64,000 bases of DNA from Candidatus Krumholzibacteriota bacterium (GCA_963727455.1 CAVSGG010000015.1:53959-117958), one strand, 5' to 3'; numbered from the stretch's first letter, positions 19,872 through 29,550 are shown. The notes: generated from the sequence alone by a model not told the origin. Numbers and translations are program-made.

Positions 19872-20185
19872 GACGGTACTCCTTGCTGTTCTCTCGCGAG
19901 AGAACAACTCCACAGTCCAGCGTGGGGATGCGCCACACACCCCAGCACACGACCCATTCAACTCAATAGCGCGTCGCGCGGACGCGCTGACACCCGGGCC
20001 GGTGCGGGTGCGAAACACATAGAGCGGGGTTGAACTTGACGACACCCCTGATCCGCGACTCCACCTGAAGGATCCGGCTGAGTGGAGCTTCCACCCGTGA
20101 ATCCCAAGCACGAGCCGGGCACGAAAGGCCCGGCAGGTCCAGGGGATCAGGAAAAGCCGCGACATCAGGCACCTCTGATGTGACG
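19872..20185 (-). ncRNA. Candidate structured 5' leader RNA of the TBDR operon (no known family recognised)
   Basis: Many nested hairpins and a four-way junction between the promoter and the start codon; several helices extend through G-U pairs only on the minus strand. Confidence 0.45.
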
Positions 20186-20190
20186 TGCGA

Positions 20191-20219
20191 AATATACGGG
20201 GCGGGTTGAATCGAGTCAA
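20191..20219 (-). promoter_or_regulatory. Sigma70-type promoter for the TBDR operon
   Basis: Minus strand TTGACT (20219-20214)-N17-TATATT (20196-20191). Confidence 0.75.
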
Positions 20220-20255
20220 CCCCGCGGATGGCGAGCTAAGCTCTTACAGGACACT

Positions 20256-21266
20256 CTATTGGGAGACTGATGAGGAGGGTGGGGAGTCATAGATCCAACA
20301 GGCGACGCGGTGAGACCCTCCATGTGAGGACAGTTCGGGCCGCAAACGCGCGCATTCGCTCCGGAACTCCGGGCAACGCGGATGAAACGGACACCCGCCG
20401 GGACGCTCGCGGACTCCCGGCGCATCCCCCTCGACCGGCGGCGTCTTTGCGGCCGGACTGCGCTCCAGCCGGGGCGCCGCTGCCAAGAGGGCACGGGTAT
20501 AGGGGTGCTGCGGCGCGCGGAGCACCTCCTCGGTCCTTCCCTCCTCGACGATACGGCCCGCGTACATCACGGCCACGCGATGGCTCATGTGTTGCACCAC
20601 CGACAGGTCGTGTGCGATGAAGAGGTAGCCCAAGGTCCTCTCCTCCTGCAGCTCCTGAAGCAAATTCAGAATCTGGGCCTGCACGCTCAGATCCAGCGCG
20701 GATACCGGCTCGTCGGCAATAACCAGCTCGGGGTTCAAAATGAGCGCGCGCGCGATCCCCACGCGCTGCCTCTGCCCTCCGCTGAATTCGTGGGGATAGC
20801 GCCGCGCATGCTCCGCGGCGAGCCCCACTCTCTGAAGCATCGACGCCACCCTCTCCTGCCGCTCACCGGACTCACCCATACCGTGCACGAGGAGCGCCTC
20901 GTCGAGCGTCTGACCCACCGTGAGACGCGGATTCAGGCTGCCGTAGGGATCTTGAAAGACGATCTGCATGTGACGGCGGAAGCGCCGCAACTCACGCCCC
21001 GAAAGCGCCCGCACGTCGACCCCGTTGACCTCGATTCTACCGGCGGTGGCATCGATGAGGCGCAGAATGCAGCGCGCCGTCGTGCTCTTGCCGCAACCCG
21101 ACTCTCCCACCAGTCCCAGAGTCTCCCCCGCCCTCAAGCTCAAGTCGATTCCCTCGACCGCGCGCAGTGGCTGGCGCTTCTTGGAGAACAGCGCCCGTCG
21201 CGGCTCGAAGTGCTTCGTGAGACCCTTCACCTCGAGCAAGCTGGCCTTCTCAGCTGGCCTGTGCAT
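20256..21266 (-). CDS. oppF: Oligopeptide/dipeptide ABC transporter ATP-binding protein (OppF/DppF)
   Basis: [41 protein letters not shown]-terminal GCPFHPRCP..C..VAC. Confidence 0.93.
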   Translation of the reverse strand: MHRPAEKASLLEVKGLTKHFEPRRALFSKKRQPLRAVEGIDLSLRAGETLGLVGESGCGKSTTARCILRLIDATAGRIEVNGVDVRALSGRELRRFRRHMQIVFQDPYGSLNPRLTVGQTLDEALLVHGMGESGERQERVASMLQRVGLAAEHARRYPHEFSGGQRQRVGIARALILNPELVIADEPVSALDLSVQAQILNLLQELQEERTLGYLFIAHDLSVVQHMSHRVAVMYAGRIVEEGRTEEVLRAPQHPYTRALLAAAPRLERSPAAKTPPVEGDAPGVRERPGGCPFHPRCPEFRSECARLRPELSSHGGSHRVACWIYDSPPSSSVSQ

Positions 21267-22260
21267 CCGGCCACCTCCCCTCTTGCAGAACCCGCGCGGA
21301 CTCGAAGCAGGCGGCCTCATGCCCCTCGGCCACCGAGCTCATCGGAGGGGATTCGCTGCGGCAACGATCCCGGGCGAAGGGACAGCGCGGGGCGAATCGG
21401 CATCCACGCGCTCGCTCCCGTGGATCGGGGACACTCCCGCCGATCACGCGCAAACGGCCCGAGGGCAGAGCCGATTCGGGGCGGCAGGCCAGCAGTCCGA
21501 GAGTATAGGGATGGGCCGGGCGCGCGAAGATCCGCGCCGCCGGCCCCACTTCCGCCAGGCGTCCGGCATACATGACCGCCACTTCGTGCGCGCTCTCGGC
21601 CAGGACCGCCAAATCGTGGGTGATGTGGAGCAGGCTCATGCCCAGCTCCGACTGGAGGGATGCCAGAAGCTGCAGGATTTGCTGCTGGATCGTGAGATCG
21701 AGCGCGGTGGTCGGCTCGTCGGCGATGAGAAGACGTGGCCGGCAGGCGATGGCCATGGCGATCATCACGCGCTGCCGCATTCCCCCCGAAAGTTGATGGG
21801 GATAGTCGTCTACCCTGCTCGCCGCGTCGGGGATTCCCACCGCATGGAAGAGCTCGATCGCGCGGCTGCGCGCCGCCTTGCGCGAGAGTCCCTCGTGGAG
21901 ACGGAGCACTTCGGCCACCTGCTCGCCGCAGGGGTAAACCGGGTTGAGACTCGTCATGGGCTCCTGGAAGACCATGCCGATTTGCTTGCCCCGAACTTGG
22001 CGCAGCTGCGCATCGTTCAGCTGTAGGAGGTCTCTCCCGGCAAAGAGCACTCTTCCCCGCAGGATTCTTCCCTGGGGCGCGGGCAAGAGGCGCAGAATCG
22101 ACAGAGCCAGAGCGCTCTTGCCGCAACCCGATTCTCCGACCAGACCTAGAGTGTTTCCTGCACGCACGCGCAGACTCACGCCATCCACCGCCATCGCCGG
22201 CCCATCCTCGCCGAGATAAGCGGTCTGCAGGTCTTGCACTTCCAGTAGTGTCTCGTTCAT
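21250..22260 (-). CDS. oppD: Oligopeptide/dipeptide ABC transporter ATP-binding protein (OppD/DppD)
   Basis: [48 protein letters not shown]. Confidence 0.94.
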   Translation of the reverse strand: MNETLLEVQDLQTAYLGEDGPAMAVDGVSLRVRAGNTLGLVGESGCGKSALALSILRLLPAPQGRILRGRVLFAGRDLLQLNDAQLRQVRGKQIGMVFQEPMTSLNPVYPCGEQVAEVLRLHEGLSRKAARSRAIELFHAVGIPDAASRVDDYPHQLSGGMRQRVMIAMAIACRPRLLIADEPTTALDLTIQQQILQLLASLQSELGMSLLHITHDLAVLAESAHEVAVMYAGRLAEVGPAARIFARPAHPYTLGLLACRPESALPSGRLRVIGGSVPDPRERARGCRFAPRCPFARDRCRSESPPMSSVAEGHEAACFESARVLQEGRWPDAQAS

Positions 22261-23288
22261 GGCCTCGAACTCGTTTTCACGATCAGGCGGGGATCGTTGA
22301 GATCGCGCAGGCCGTCACCCAAGAGGTTGAATCCGATGACGGTCGCGGTGATGGCAAGACCAGGAAAGGTCGAGATCCACCAGGCCGTCAAGAGGGTATC
22401 GCGGCCCTGGCCGATCAGTTGCCCCCAGCTCACGGCGGGCGGCTGAACCCCGAGCCCCAAGAAGCTCAGGAAACTCTCGGCCAGAATGGCGTTCCCCACC
22501 CGCAGGGTGGCCGCGACGATGACCGGCGCCATGGCCGCCGGTAGCACGTGCCTAAGAAGCAGGCGCGGACGGGGAATTCCCAGGGCGCTTCCCGCCTCGA
22601 CGAAGTCCATCCCCTTCACCTGCAACACTCCGCCGCGGACCACCCGCGCCACCCCCATCCAGCCAGTGGTGCCCAAAACCAGGACCACCAGCCAGCTCGA
22701 GGGAGAGAACACTGCCATCAGGGCGAGGATGAGAAAGAGCCGCGGGAAGGCGAGCATGAAATCGGTGAATCGCATGAGTACGCTGTCGACCACTCCTCCC
22801 AGGAAGCCGGCCGCCGCGCCCACCAAGAGTCCGATCAGAACCGAAGTCAGCACGCTCGCAACCCCGATGAAGAGCGAAATGCGCGCGCCGAAGACCACCC
22901 GGCTGAAGAGGTCCCGACCCAAGAGATCGGTACCCATCAGATGCCGCGCCGAGGGTGGCAAAAAGCGGGAGATGACCGGCGTTCCCAGCGCGGTGGGATC
23001 GTAGGGGGCGAGCAGAGGAGCCAGGAGTGCGATCAACAGCAGGAGTGCGATGAGGAGAAGGCCCATGCGAGCGGAGGAGTCTGCCCAGGCTTTGGCCCAA
23101 AAGCCGCGTGGGTCGGGCCCGGGAGCGAAGAGCACGATCAGAGCCAAGAGCAGAGAACACCAGGAGGCGATCGCACCGTCGGCGCCCCTCCCGCTACCAG
23201 TCAACCAGCCGTAAGCCATCTGCCCCTTGAGCAGAAGCGGAAGAAAGATGAGGAACGAAGGCACGATTCTGCGCGCGGCACTTTCCAT
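22257..23288 (-). CDS. oppC: Oligopeptide ABC transporter permease (OppC/DppC)
   Basis: HLMGTDLLGRDLFSRVVFGARISL, EAA-like FVEAGSALG, LSFLGLGVQPP, FNLLGDGLRD. Confidence 0.93.
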   Translation of the reverse strand: MESAARRIVPSFLIFLPLLLKGQMAYGWLTGSGRGADGAIASWCSLLLALIVLFAPGPDPRGFWAKAWADSSARMGLLLIALLLLIALLAPLLAPYDPTALGTPVISRFLPPSARHLMGTDLLGRDLFSRVVFGARISLFIGVASVLTSVLIGLLVGAAAGFLGGVVDSVLMRFTDFMLAFPRLFLILALMAVFSPSSWLVVLVLGTTGWMGVARVVRGGVLQVKGMDFVEAGSALGIPRPRLLLRHVLPAAMAPVIVAATLRVGNAILAESFLSFLGLGVQPPAVSWGQLIGQGRDTLLTAWWISTFPGLAITATVIGFNLLGDGLRDLNDPRLIVKTSSRP

Positions 23289-23289
23289 C

Positions 23290-24255
23290 TCAACCCAACC
23301 TGATGCGCGGATCGATGAGTCCGTAAGCGATGTCCGCCAGGAGATTCCCCACGATGACCATGCTCCCCGAGAGCAGAGTCGTGGCCAAAATCACGGGGTA
23401 GTCGCGTCCGAGCAGGGCCTGTACCGCGACTTGACCCATGCCCGGCCACGAGAAGATGACTTCCACCACGACCGCACCGCTGAGGAGGAAGGGCAGACTC
23501 AGGCCTAGAAGGGTGATGAGAGGGATTGCGGCGTTCCGCAGGGCGTGTTTCATGAGAACCGCGCGCTCACTCAGACCCTTCGCGCGGGCGGTTCGAATGT
23601 AGTCTTGCGAGAGGATCTCGAGCATCGAGGAGCGCATATAGCGCGCGAGTCCGGCCGCCCCGGAAAGACCCAGCACCGCGGCCGGAAGCAGCAGATGCCG
23701 GCAGGAGGAGAGCAGCCAGGGCCAGAGCCCCAGCTCGCTCAAGGTGCCCGCGGCCATTCCCCCCGAGGGCAGCCAGTGGAGCCTCCACACGAAGACCAGC
23801 TGCAGCATCAACCCCAGCCAGAAAGAGGGCAGGCTGTAGACGAGCAGACTGAGAAGGGTCGCTCCTCGCTCACTCGCGCTACCCCGGCGCGCCGCGGACC
23901 ACACTCCGAGCGTGGTTCCGGCCAAGAGCCACAAAAGGAACGACACCACGCTCAGACGGAGAGTGTTGGGGACGGCTTCGGCGATGATTTTTGCCACGGG
24001 CCGCTTTTGACGCAGGCTGATCCCGAGGTCCCCGTGAACGAGTCCCGACAGCCAGGACAGGTACTGCATGGTCACGGGCTCGTCCAGGCCGTAGCGCGTT
24101 CTGATCGCTTGCACGTCCTCGGGACGGAAGGAGGGGTCGACGAGTGCATCGATGGGATCGCCGGGCGCCACCTGCAAGAGCACGAAGGTGAGCGTGACCA
24201 CACCCCAGAGAAGGAGAATGGAGCCGGTGAGACGCCGTAGGACGAATGCTGCCAT
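23290..24255 (-). CDS. oppB: Oligopeptide ABC transporter permease (OppB/DppB)
   Basis: APGDP, GDLGISL, DYIRTARAKGL, HALRNA, RDYPVI, DPRIR. Start ATG 24255. Confidence 0.94.
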   Translation of the reverse strand: MAAFVLRRLTGSILLLWGVVTLTFVLLQVAPGDPIDALVDPSFRPEDVQAIRTRYGLDEPVTMQYLSWLSGLVHGDLGISLRQKRPVAKIIAEAVPNTLRLSVVSFLLWLLAGTTLGVWSAARRGSASERGATLLSLLVYSLPSFWLGLMLQLVFVWRLHWLPSGGMAAGTLSELGLWPWLLSSCRHLLLPAAVLGLSGAAGLARYMRSSMLEILSQDYIRTARAKGLSERAVLMKHALRNAAIPLITLLGLSLPFLLSGAVVVEVIFSWPGMGQVAVQALLGRDYPVILATTLLSGSMVIVGNLLADIAYGLIDPRIRLG

Positions 24256-24312
24256 GAACATGCCGCAGGGTTGGTGTGCAAGTTTCAAAGTGCAAGCAGT
24301 GCGGGCGGACGG

Positions 24313-25107
24313 TCAAGGGAGAATGCTCTCGGAGTTGCCAGCGGCCCTCGAGCTTGCGGCATGCCGCAGCACGGCTTCCGGATAGGCATCCAGCACCCTC
24401 AGCTCGAGCTTCGTCCTCTCCAGCAGCGCCTCTGCGAAGCGGAACGCGAAGCGCTCGAGAGTCAGGTCCCCGTGACCGAGTTCCTGCAGATTCGTGGTGC
24501 GACTCCGCAGACTCTCTTTGCGAGCGGCGCGCTCACTCTCCTCTCCTGTTCCCATGAAGTCGACGATGGAAAGGTGCTGCGGACCGGTCAAAAGAGAGCC
24601 ATGCTGCAGGAAAGCGCGTCGAGTCTGCCGAAAGGCGCTGCCCACCAGCTTGCGGCCTCCGACCGAGATCTCGTGTCCTCGGAGCGAGGCGAAGCAGAGG
24701 AAATTCTCGGGGCCGCTCTCCCCGAGTTGGCGCGCGGGGATCTTCAGCCGGTTCAAAGTCTCCACCAGCACCGAGGCCAAGGAGGCATAGACTTCGCGGA
24801 AATTACCGCCGAATCCGGCCAGGCCCAGAGGTCCTGCAACGGCATAGGTGAACTCACTCCAGTGTAGAACCGCGCCTCCTCCGCTGGGACGTCGCACGAG
24901 ATCGATCCCGGCCGAGCGCAGGCGTCGGATATCGAGCTCCGCATCGGATTGATGGTAGCCCAAAGAGAGCGCGGGAGGATTCCAGCGGTAGACGCGCAGC
25001 GTGGGAGACTGCAAATCCCCGTTCTGATAGCTTTTCAAGAGCGCGCGATCGAGAGCCATGTTGCGCTCGCCGGACAGGACTCCATCGCAGCGCAGGAGAA
25101 GCTCCAT
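24313..25107 (-). CDS. Lipoate-protein ligase / octanoyltransferase (LplA/LipM-like)
   Basis: NMALDRALL, TLRVYRW.PPALSLG, VRRPSGGGAVLH, GRKLVGSA, LQHGS; directly downstream of gcvPB. Confidence 0.88.
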   Translation of the reverse strand: MELLLRCDGVLSGERNMALDRALLKSYQNGDLQSPTLRVYRWNPPALSLGYHQSDAELDIRRLRSAGIDLVRRPSGGGAVLHWSEFTYAVAGPLGLAGFGGNFREVYASLASVLVETLNRLKIPARQLGESGPENFLCFASLRGHEISVGGRKLVGSAFRQTRRAFLQHGSLLTGPQHLSIVDFMGTGEESERAARKESLRSRTTNLQELGHGDLTLERFAFRFAEALLERTKLELRVLDAYPEAVLRHAASSRAAGNSESILP

Positions 25108-25109
25108 GC

Positions 25110-26573
25110 TCAATCGCAGCTTCCGCCCCAGCACACCTGGGGAACGCGGTTGGCCCTGGTCTCGTCGAGCCGGCGCACCGGCGTGGATACCGGCGCATCG
25201 CGAAGAAGCTGCGGATTCTCGCGCGCCTCTTCCAGGATGGACAGCAGGGCCGCAGCGAACGCATCCATCGTATCTTTGGTCTCGGTCTCCGTCGGCTCGA
25301 TCATGAGAGCTTCCTCGACGACGAGAGGGAAGTAGATCGTGGGTGAGTGATAGCCGTAATCCAGGAGTCGCTTGGCGAGATCCAGAGTGTGCAACCCCGA
25401 GGACTTCAAGCCACGGCCACTTGCGACAAACTCGTGAAGCGTTCCCTCCGGGTAGTCGATGGGAAGCGCATCTGCAAGAAGGGCCTTCAGGTAGTTCGCG
25501 TTCAACACCGCCATCTCACTGGCCCGCTTCAGCCCGTTTCCGCCGTTGCGCAGGATGTACGCGAGCGCGCGGACCATCACTAGGAAATTGCCATAGCTGC
25601 CATGGATGCGCTGGTGAACACCGCCGTCTTGCGGGGCGAGTTGCCAAACGAATCCCTGGGGCCCACGCAGAGCGCGCGGATAGGGCAAGAAGGGTTCGAG
25701 TTCTTCCACCACGCACAGCGGGCCGCAGCCCGGCCCACCGCCACCGTGTGGGGTGCTGAAGGTCTTGTGGAGATTCAGGTGCACCATGTCGAAGCCCATG
25801 TCCCCCGGGCGCGACTGGCCCATGATGGCATTCATGTTGGCGCCATCCATGTACATCAGTCCGCCGGCCTCATGCACCAACTCGGAGATTTCATCGATCC
25901 GCGGCTCGAAGAGACCGAGCGTGTTCGGGTTGGTAATCATCAGCGCCGCAAGATCGTCGCCCAGCTTCTCCTTTAGTTTCTCGATCCGCAACTTCCCGTT
26001 GGCTTCCGTGCTCACGGACTCCACAGTGAAGCCGACGAGAGTGGCGCTGGCTGGATTGGTTCCGTGCGCGGAATCGGGAATGAGAACCCTTCTACGATCC
26101 TTCTGCCCGCGCGCGAGATGGCACTGGCGCGTGACCATCATTCCCAACAACTCTCCGTGCGCGCCAGCCGCCGGCTGGAGGCTCACTTCGTCCATTCCCG
26201 TGATCTCGGCCAGAACCTCCTTCAGACGTACCATCACTTCCAGCGCGCCCTGAACCTGCTGCGGATCCTGATGGGGATGGATCTTCGCGAATCCCGGCAT
26301 CTGTGCGATCTGTTCGTTCACCTTCGGGTTGTACTTCATCGTGCACGAGCCGAGCGGATAGAGATCGCGGTCGATGTGGTGGTTCTTCACCGAGAGATTC
26401 GTGTAGTGTCGCACCACTTCACTCTCGGACAATTGGGGTAGATCCAGCACATCTTGTCGGGACAGATCTTCGGGCAAGGGGGCGGCAGGCACATCCAGTT
26501 CCGGAGCTTTGTAACTCACCCTTCCTTGCCGCGAGCGCTCGAAAACCGTGAGAACTTCTTGCTGTTTCATCAC
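25110..26573 (-). CDS. gcvPB: Glycine dehydrogenase (decarboxylating) subunit 2
   Basis: YPLGSCTMKYNP, QPAAGAHGE, SAHGTNPAS, PLP site HLNLHKTFSTPHGGGGPG, IEPTETE. Confidence 0.97.
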   Translation of the reverse strand: MMKQQEVLTVFERSRQGRVSYKAPELDVPAAPLPEDLSRQDVLDLPQLSESEVVRHYTNLSVKNHHIDRDLYPLGSCTMKYNPKVNEQIAQMPGFAKIHPHQDPQQVQGALEVMVRLKEVLAEITGMDEVSLQPAAGAHGELLGMMVTRQCHLARGQKDRRRVLIPDSAHGTNPASATLVGFTVESVSTEANGKLRIEKLKEKLGDDLAALMITNPNTLGLFEPRIDEISELVHEAGGLMYMDGANMNAIMGQSRPGDMGFDMVHLNLHKTFSTPHGGGGPGCGPLCVVEELEPFLPYPRALRGPQGFVWQLAPQDGGVHQRIHGSYGNFLVMVRALAYILRNGGNGLKRASEMAVLNANYLKALLADALPIDYPEGTLHEFVASGRGLKSSGLHTLDLAKRLLDYGYHSPTIYFPLVVEEALMIEPTETETKDTMDAFAAALLSILEEARENPQLLRDAPVSTPVRRLDETRANRVPQVCWGGSCD

Positions 26574-27949
26574 GATCCCCTCACGGTAGTTGCGCTGGAC
26601 CCGCTGACAATTCCTTGGGCCAGCTCGAGATAGCTGTCCATTTCCTTCCGGGTCCGCAATTCCGTCACCGCGACGAGAAGATCGCGTTCGTCGGCTCCTT
26701 CACTCAAGTCCCCCAGAGCGATTCCTGCCAGTAGGTTCTCGGCCGCGCAGGACTTCAAGAATTCACGAGCGGGGATGGGTGTCCTCAGTACGAACTCGTG
26801 GAAGAACGGCCCGTCGAAGGGAAGTTGCATGCCCTGGATGCGGCTGAGGCCCGCTGCCAGGTAATGCGCTTTCGCATGGCACGCCCGCGCCACAGCGATC
26901 ATGCCTTGCTTACCCAAGGTCGACATGTAGATGGTCGCCATGGTGGCGGCCAGACCCTGATTGGTGCAGATGTTCGAAGTGGCCTTTTCGCGGCGAATAT
27001 GCTGCTCTCTCGTCTGTAGAGTCAGAACGAACCCTCGCTTGCCGTCCCTGTCCACCGTCTCCCCCACGATGCGCCCCGGCATCCGCCGTTTGAGTTCGTC
27101 GCGCGCCGCAATGAAACCGAAGGCCGGACCACCGAAGCTCATGGGCAAGCCCAGGGGTTGACCCTCCCCCACCGCCACGGACGCCCCGTAGGATCCCGGC
27201 GAATCCAAGAGGGGCAAAGTGGTGGGATTCACCGCTGCGATCAACAGTGCGCCGCTGGCATCGATCTTTGCTCCCACTGCGCGCGCGTCCTCCAAAATTC
27301 CCAGACCGTTGGGCTGAACCAGAACCACGCAGGCGGTGTCCTCGTCCAACTTCGCGTCGAGATCCGCAAGATCCAGGCGCCCATCCTGCGAACGTGCGAT
27401 GTCGACCAGTTCCAGCTCGCGTGCCTGCAGATAGGTGGTGAGGACCCGGCGCCATCCGGATCCCAGAGTCTGGGGAACCAGCACCTTCTTGCCTCTCGTC
27501 TGGTTCACTGCGAGGAGCACGGCCTCTACTAGTGCGGTGGCGCCGTCGTAGAGACTGGCATTGCTGACGTCCAATCCGGTGAGTCGGCAGATGTAGCTCT
27601 GGAATTCATAGATTACCTGGAGGGTTCCCTGGGAAACTTCCGCTTGATACGGCGTGTAGGCGGTGGCGAATTCACTGCGGAGGGCCAAATAGGGAACGAT
27701 GGCGGGGATGTCGTGGTCGTAGCACCCCCCGCCGGCGAAACACACGAGGTCCTCCGAGCTCCGGTTGGCGCGTCCCATGCGGGCAAACTCACGACGGAGC
27801 GCCGCCTCACTGATACCGTCAGGAAGATCCAATCCGGACTTCAGCCGCAGAGCCTCGGGGATGCTCGAAAAAAGGCTCTCGACGGAAGGGCGTCCGATCT
27901 TCTGCAGCATCGCATTCACTTCGTGCTCTGTGTGTGGCGCGTAGGCCAT
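26570..27949 (-). CDS. gcvPA: Glycine dehydrogenase (decarboxylating) subunit 1
   Basis: TAYTPYQAEVSQG, NASLYDGATA, LQTREQHIRREKATSNICTNQ. Confidence 0.97.
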   Translation of the reverse strand: MAYAPHTEHEVNAMLQKIGRPSVESLFSSIPEALRLKSGLDLPDGISEAALRREFARMGRANRSSEDLVCFAGGGCYDHDIPAIVPYLALRSEFATAYTPYQAEVSQGTLQVIYEFQSYICRLTGLDVSNASLYDGATALVEAVLLAVNQTRGKKVLVPQTLGSGWRRVLTTYLQARELELVDIARSQDGRLDLADLDAKLDEDTACVVLVQPNGLGILEDARAVGAKIDASGALLIAAVNPTTLPLLDSPGSYGASVAVGEGQPLGLPMSFGGPAFGFIAARDELKRRMPGRIVGETVDRDGKRGFVLTLQTREQHIRREKATSNICTNQGLAATMATIYMSTLGKQGMIAVARACHAKAHYLAAGLSRIQGMQLPFDGPFFHEFVLRTPIPAREFLKSCAAENLLAGIALGDLSEGADERDLLVAVTELRTRKEMDSYLELAQGIVSGSSATTVRGS

Positions 27950-27953
27950 ACTG

Positions 27954-28337
27954 TCATTCCTCTCCGATTTCGGAGGCGTATTCTTCCGCGCTCAACAACT
28001 CGGCACCCTCGAGGTTCTCCACTTGAAGACGCACCATCCAACCGTCGCCGAAGGGATCTTCATTCACCAACTCCGGGTTGTCTTCGAGCTTTACGTTGAC
28101 GTCGACCACGACGCCACTCACTGGAGAGTAAAGATCCTCCACTGCTTTCACTGTCTCGATGCTGCCCAGAGATTCACCCGCCTTGATCGAGGTGCCGGTG
28201 CCGGGAAGCTCGATGTACACGATGTCTCCCAGTTCTGAGGCGGCAAAATCGGTAACGCCGATGACTCCCTGATCCCCCTCCATGCGGAGCCACTCGTGTT
28301 CCTTTGTGTACTGGATGTCCGTGGGTCTCATTCGCAA
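27954..28337 (-). CDS. gcvH: Glycine cleavage system H protein
   Basis: YTKEHEW, GVTDFAASELGDIVY, lipoyl-Lys motif IETVKA, NEDPFGDGW. Confidence 0.97.
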   Translation of the reverse strand: MRMRPTDIQYTKEHEWLRMEGDQGVIGVTDFAASELGDIVYIELPGTGTSIKAGESLGSIETVKAVEDLYSPVSGVVVDVNVKLEDNPELVNEDPFGDGWMVRLQVENLEGAELLSAEEYASEIGEE

Positions 28338-28377
28338 CTCCTTGATCCGAGTCCTGTCGCTTCCAATCGTCGGGCAC

Positions 28378-29490
28378 TCAATCCTTCACGTGCAGCGGTA
28401 CGAAGGGAATTTCCACCCTTGCAAGCGGATGCCGCTTGTTACGGATTTCGACTTCGAGTTCGCCCTGAAGGGCCTCAACTTCCAAGCGGGCGAGCGCGAT
28501 TCCGCACTCAAGAGTCGGGGAAAAACTACCACTGGTGACCTGCCCCACCTCTTTGCCAGCGGCAAAGATCGGCGCACCTTGTCTGGCGATCGCTTTTCCC
28601 TGCACTTTGAAGCCGGCAATGCAGCTGCCCACTCCCTTTTCCTTCTGCGTGACGAAGACCTTCTTGCCGGGAAATTCTATCGGGGACTTCAAGCGAACCA
28701 CCCAGCCGATGTTCGATTCATAGGGCGAGTGATCCTCGTCGAGTTCGTGACCGTAAAGGGAATAGCAGGCTTCCAGACGTAGGGTATCGCGCGCACCCAG
28801 TCCCACGGGTCCCACCGAGAGCTCTTCTCCCGCCTGCAGGAGCTCCTCCCAGAAGGACACAGCCAGCTTCGAGGGCAAGTAGAGTTCATAGCCCTTCTCC
28901 CCGGTGTAACCGGTGCGCGAGAGGATGCACTCCTGGCCTGCGATCGCGGGCTGCAATGTATGGTAGTACTCTAGGCTGCGCAGCTCCTCTTGGAAGGTGG
29001 CCGTGCGGGACCAGCGCGAAAGAAGCTCGAGGCTCGAAGGCCCTTGAATGGCGATGAGAGCGGTGGCATCGCTTTCATCCACGAATTCGACGGCGGAGGG
29101 GAGGCGGTCCTTTAACCAGGCGGCGACCTTGTCCCGGTTGGCGGCGTTGGCCACCACGAGGAAGTGATCCTCGGCGAGACAGTAGACCAAAAGATCGTCC
29201 AACACGCCACCGTCCTCGCGGCACAGCGCAGTGTAAAGAACCCGCCCGGGCTCGAGACGATCGAGGTTGTTGGTGATCAGCGAATCCAGACTCGAGCGTG
29301 AAGCTTCCCCGTGCAGGTGAAATTCCGCCATGTGGCTGATGTCGAACAGCCCCACCTGAGCGCGCACGCGGCGATGCTCCGCCAGCACGCCTTCATACTG
29401 CACCGGCATCAAGTAGCCGGCGAAATCCACCATGCGTGCGCCGTGCTGCTCGTGCCAAGAGCTCAGTGGGGTGCGACGTGGCTCACTCAT
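28378..29490 (-). CDS. gcvT: Glycine cleavage system aminomethyltransferase T
   Basis: RTPL..WH, FAGYLMPVQY, LFDISHM, SRTGYTGEKGYE, GLGARDTLRLEA. Start ATG 29490. Confidence 0.96.
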   Translation of the reverse strand: MSEPRRTPLSSWHEQHGARMVDFAGYLMPVQYEGVLAEHRRVRAQVGLFDISHMAEFHLHGEASRSSLDSLITNNLDRLEPGRVLYTALCREDGGVLDDLLVYCLAEDHFLVVANAANRDKVAAWLKDRLPSAVEFVDESDATALIAIQGPSSLELLSRWSRTATFQEELRSLEYYHTLQPAIAGQECILSRTGYTGEKGYELYLPSKLAVSFWEELLQAGEELSVGPVGLGARDTLRLEACYSLYGHELDEDHSPYESNIGWVVRLKSPIEFPGKKVFVTQKEKGVGSCIAGFKVQGKAIARQGAPIFAAGKEVGQVTSGSFSPTLECGIALARLEVEALQGELEVEIRNKRHPLARVEIPFVPLHVKD

Positions 29491-29550
29491 TCTTCGTTCC
29501 CTCTCGCAGGTTCTCGCCGTGGCTTTCTCATCCACGGTTTCAAGCTGAGC

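Noticed and set aside
19872-20190. Cobalamin riboswitch, tRNA or hammerhead reading of the TBDR leader
   Set aside because: No B12 box (GGGAA...GCCACTG), no T-loop or CCA geometry, and the CTGATGT...GAAA segment lacks the hammerhead CUGAnGA core.
19872-20219. 116 aa N-terminal extension of the TBDR ORF from TTG 20219
   Set aside because: That TTG is part of the -35 box. The ATG at 19871 has an SD and begins a signal peptide.
29491-29550. Glycine riboswitch upstream of gcvT
   Set aside because: Only about 60 nt separate uvrA from gcvT, with no room or consensus for the aptamer.
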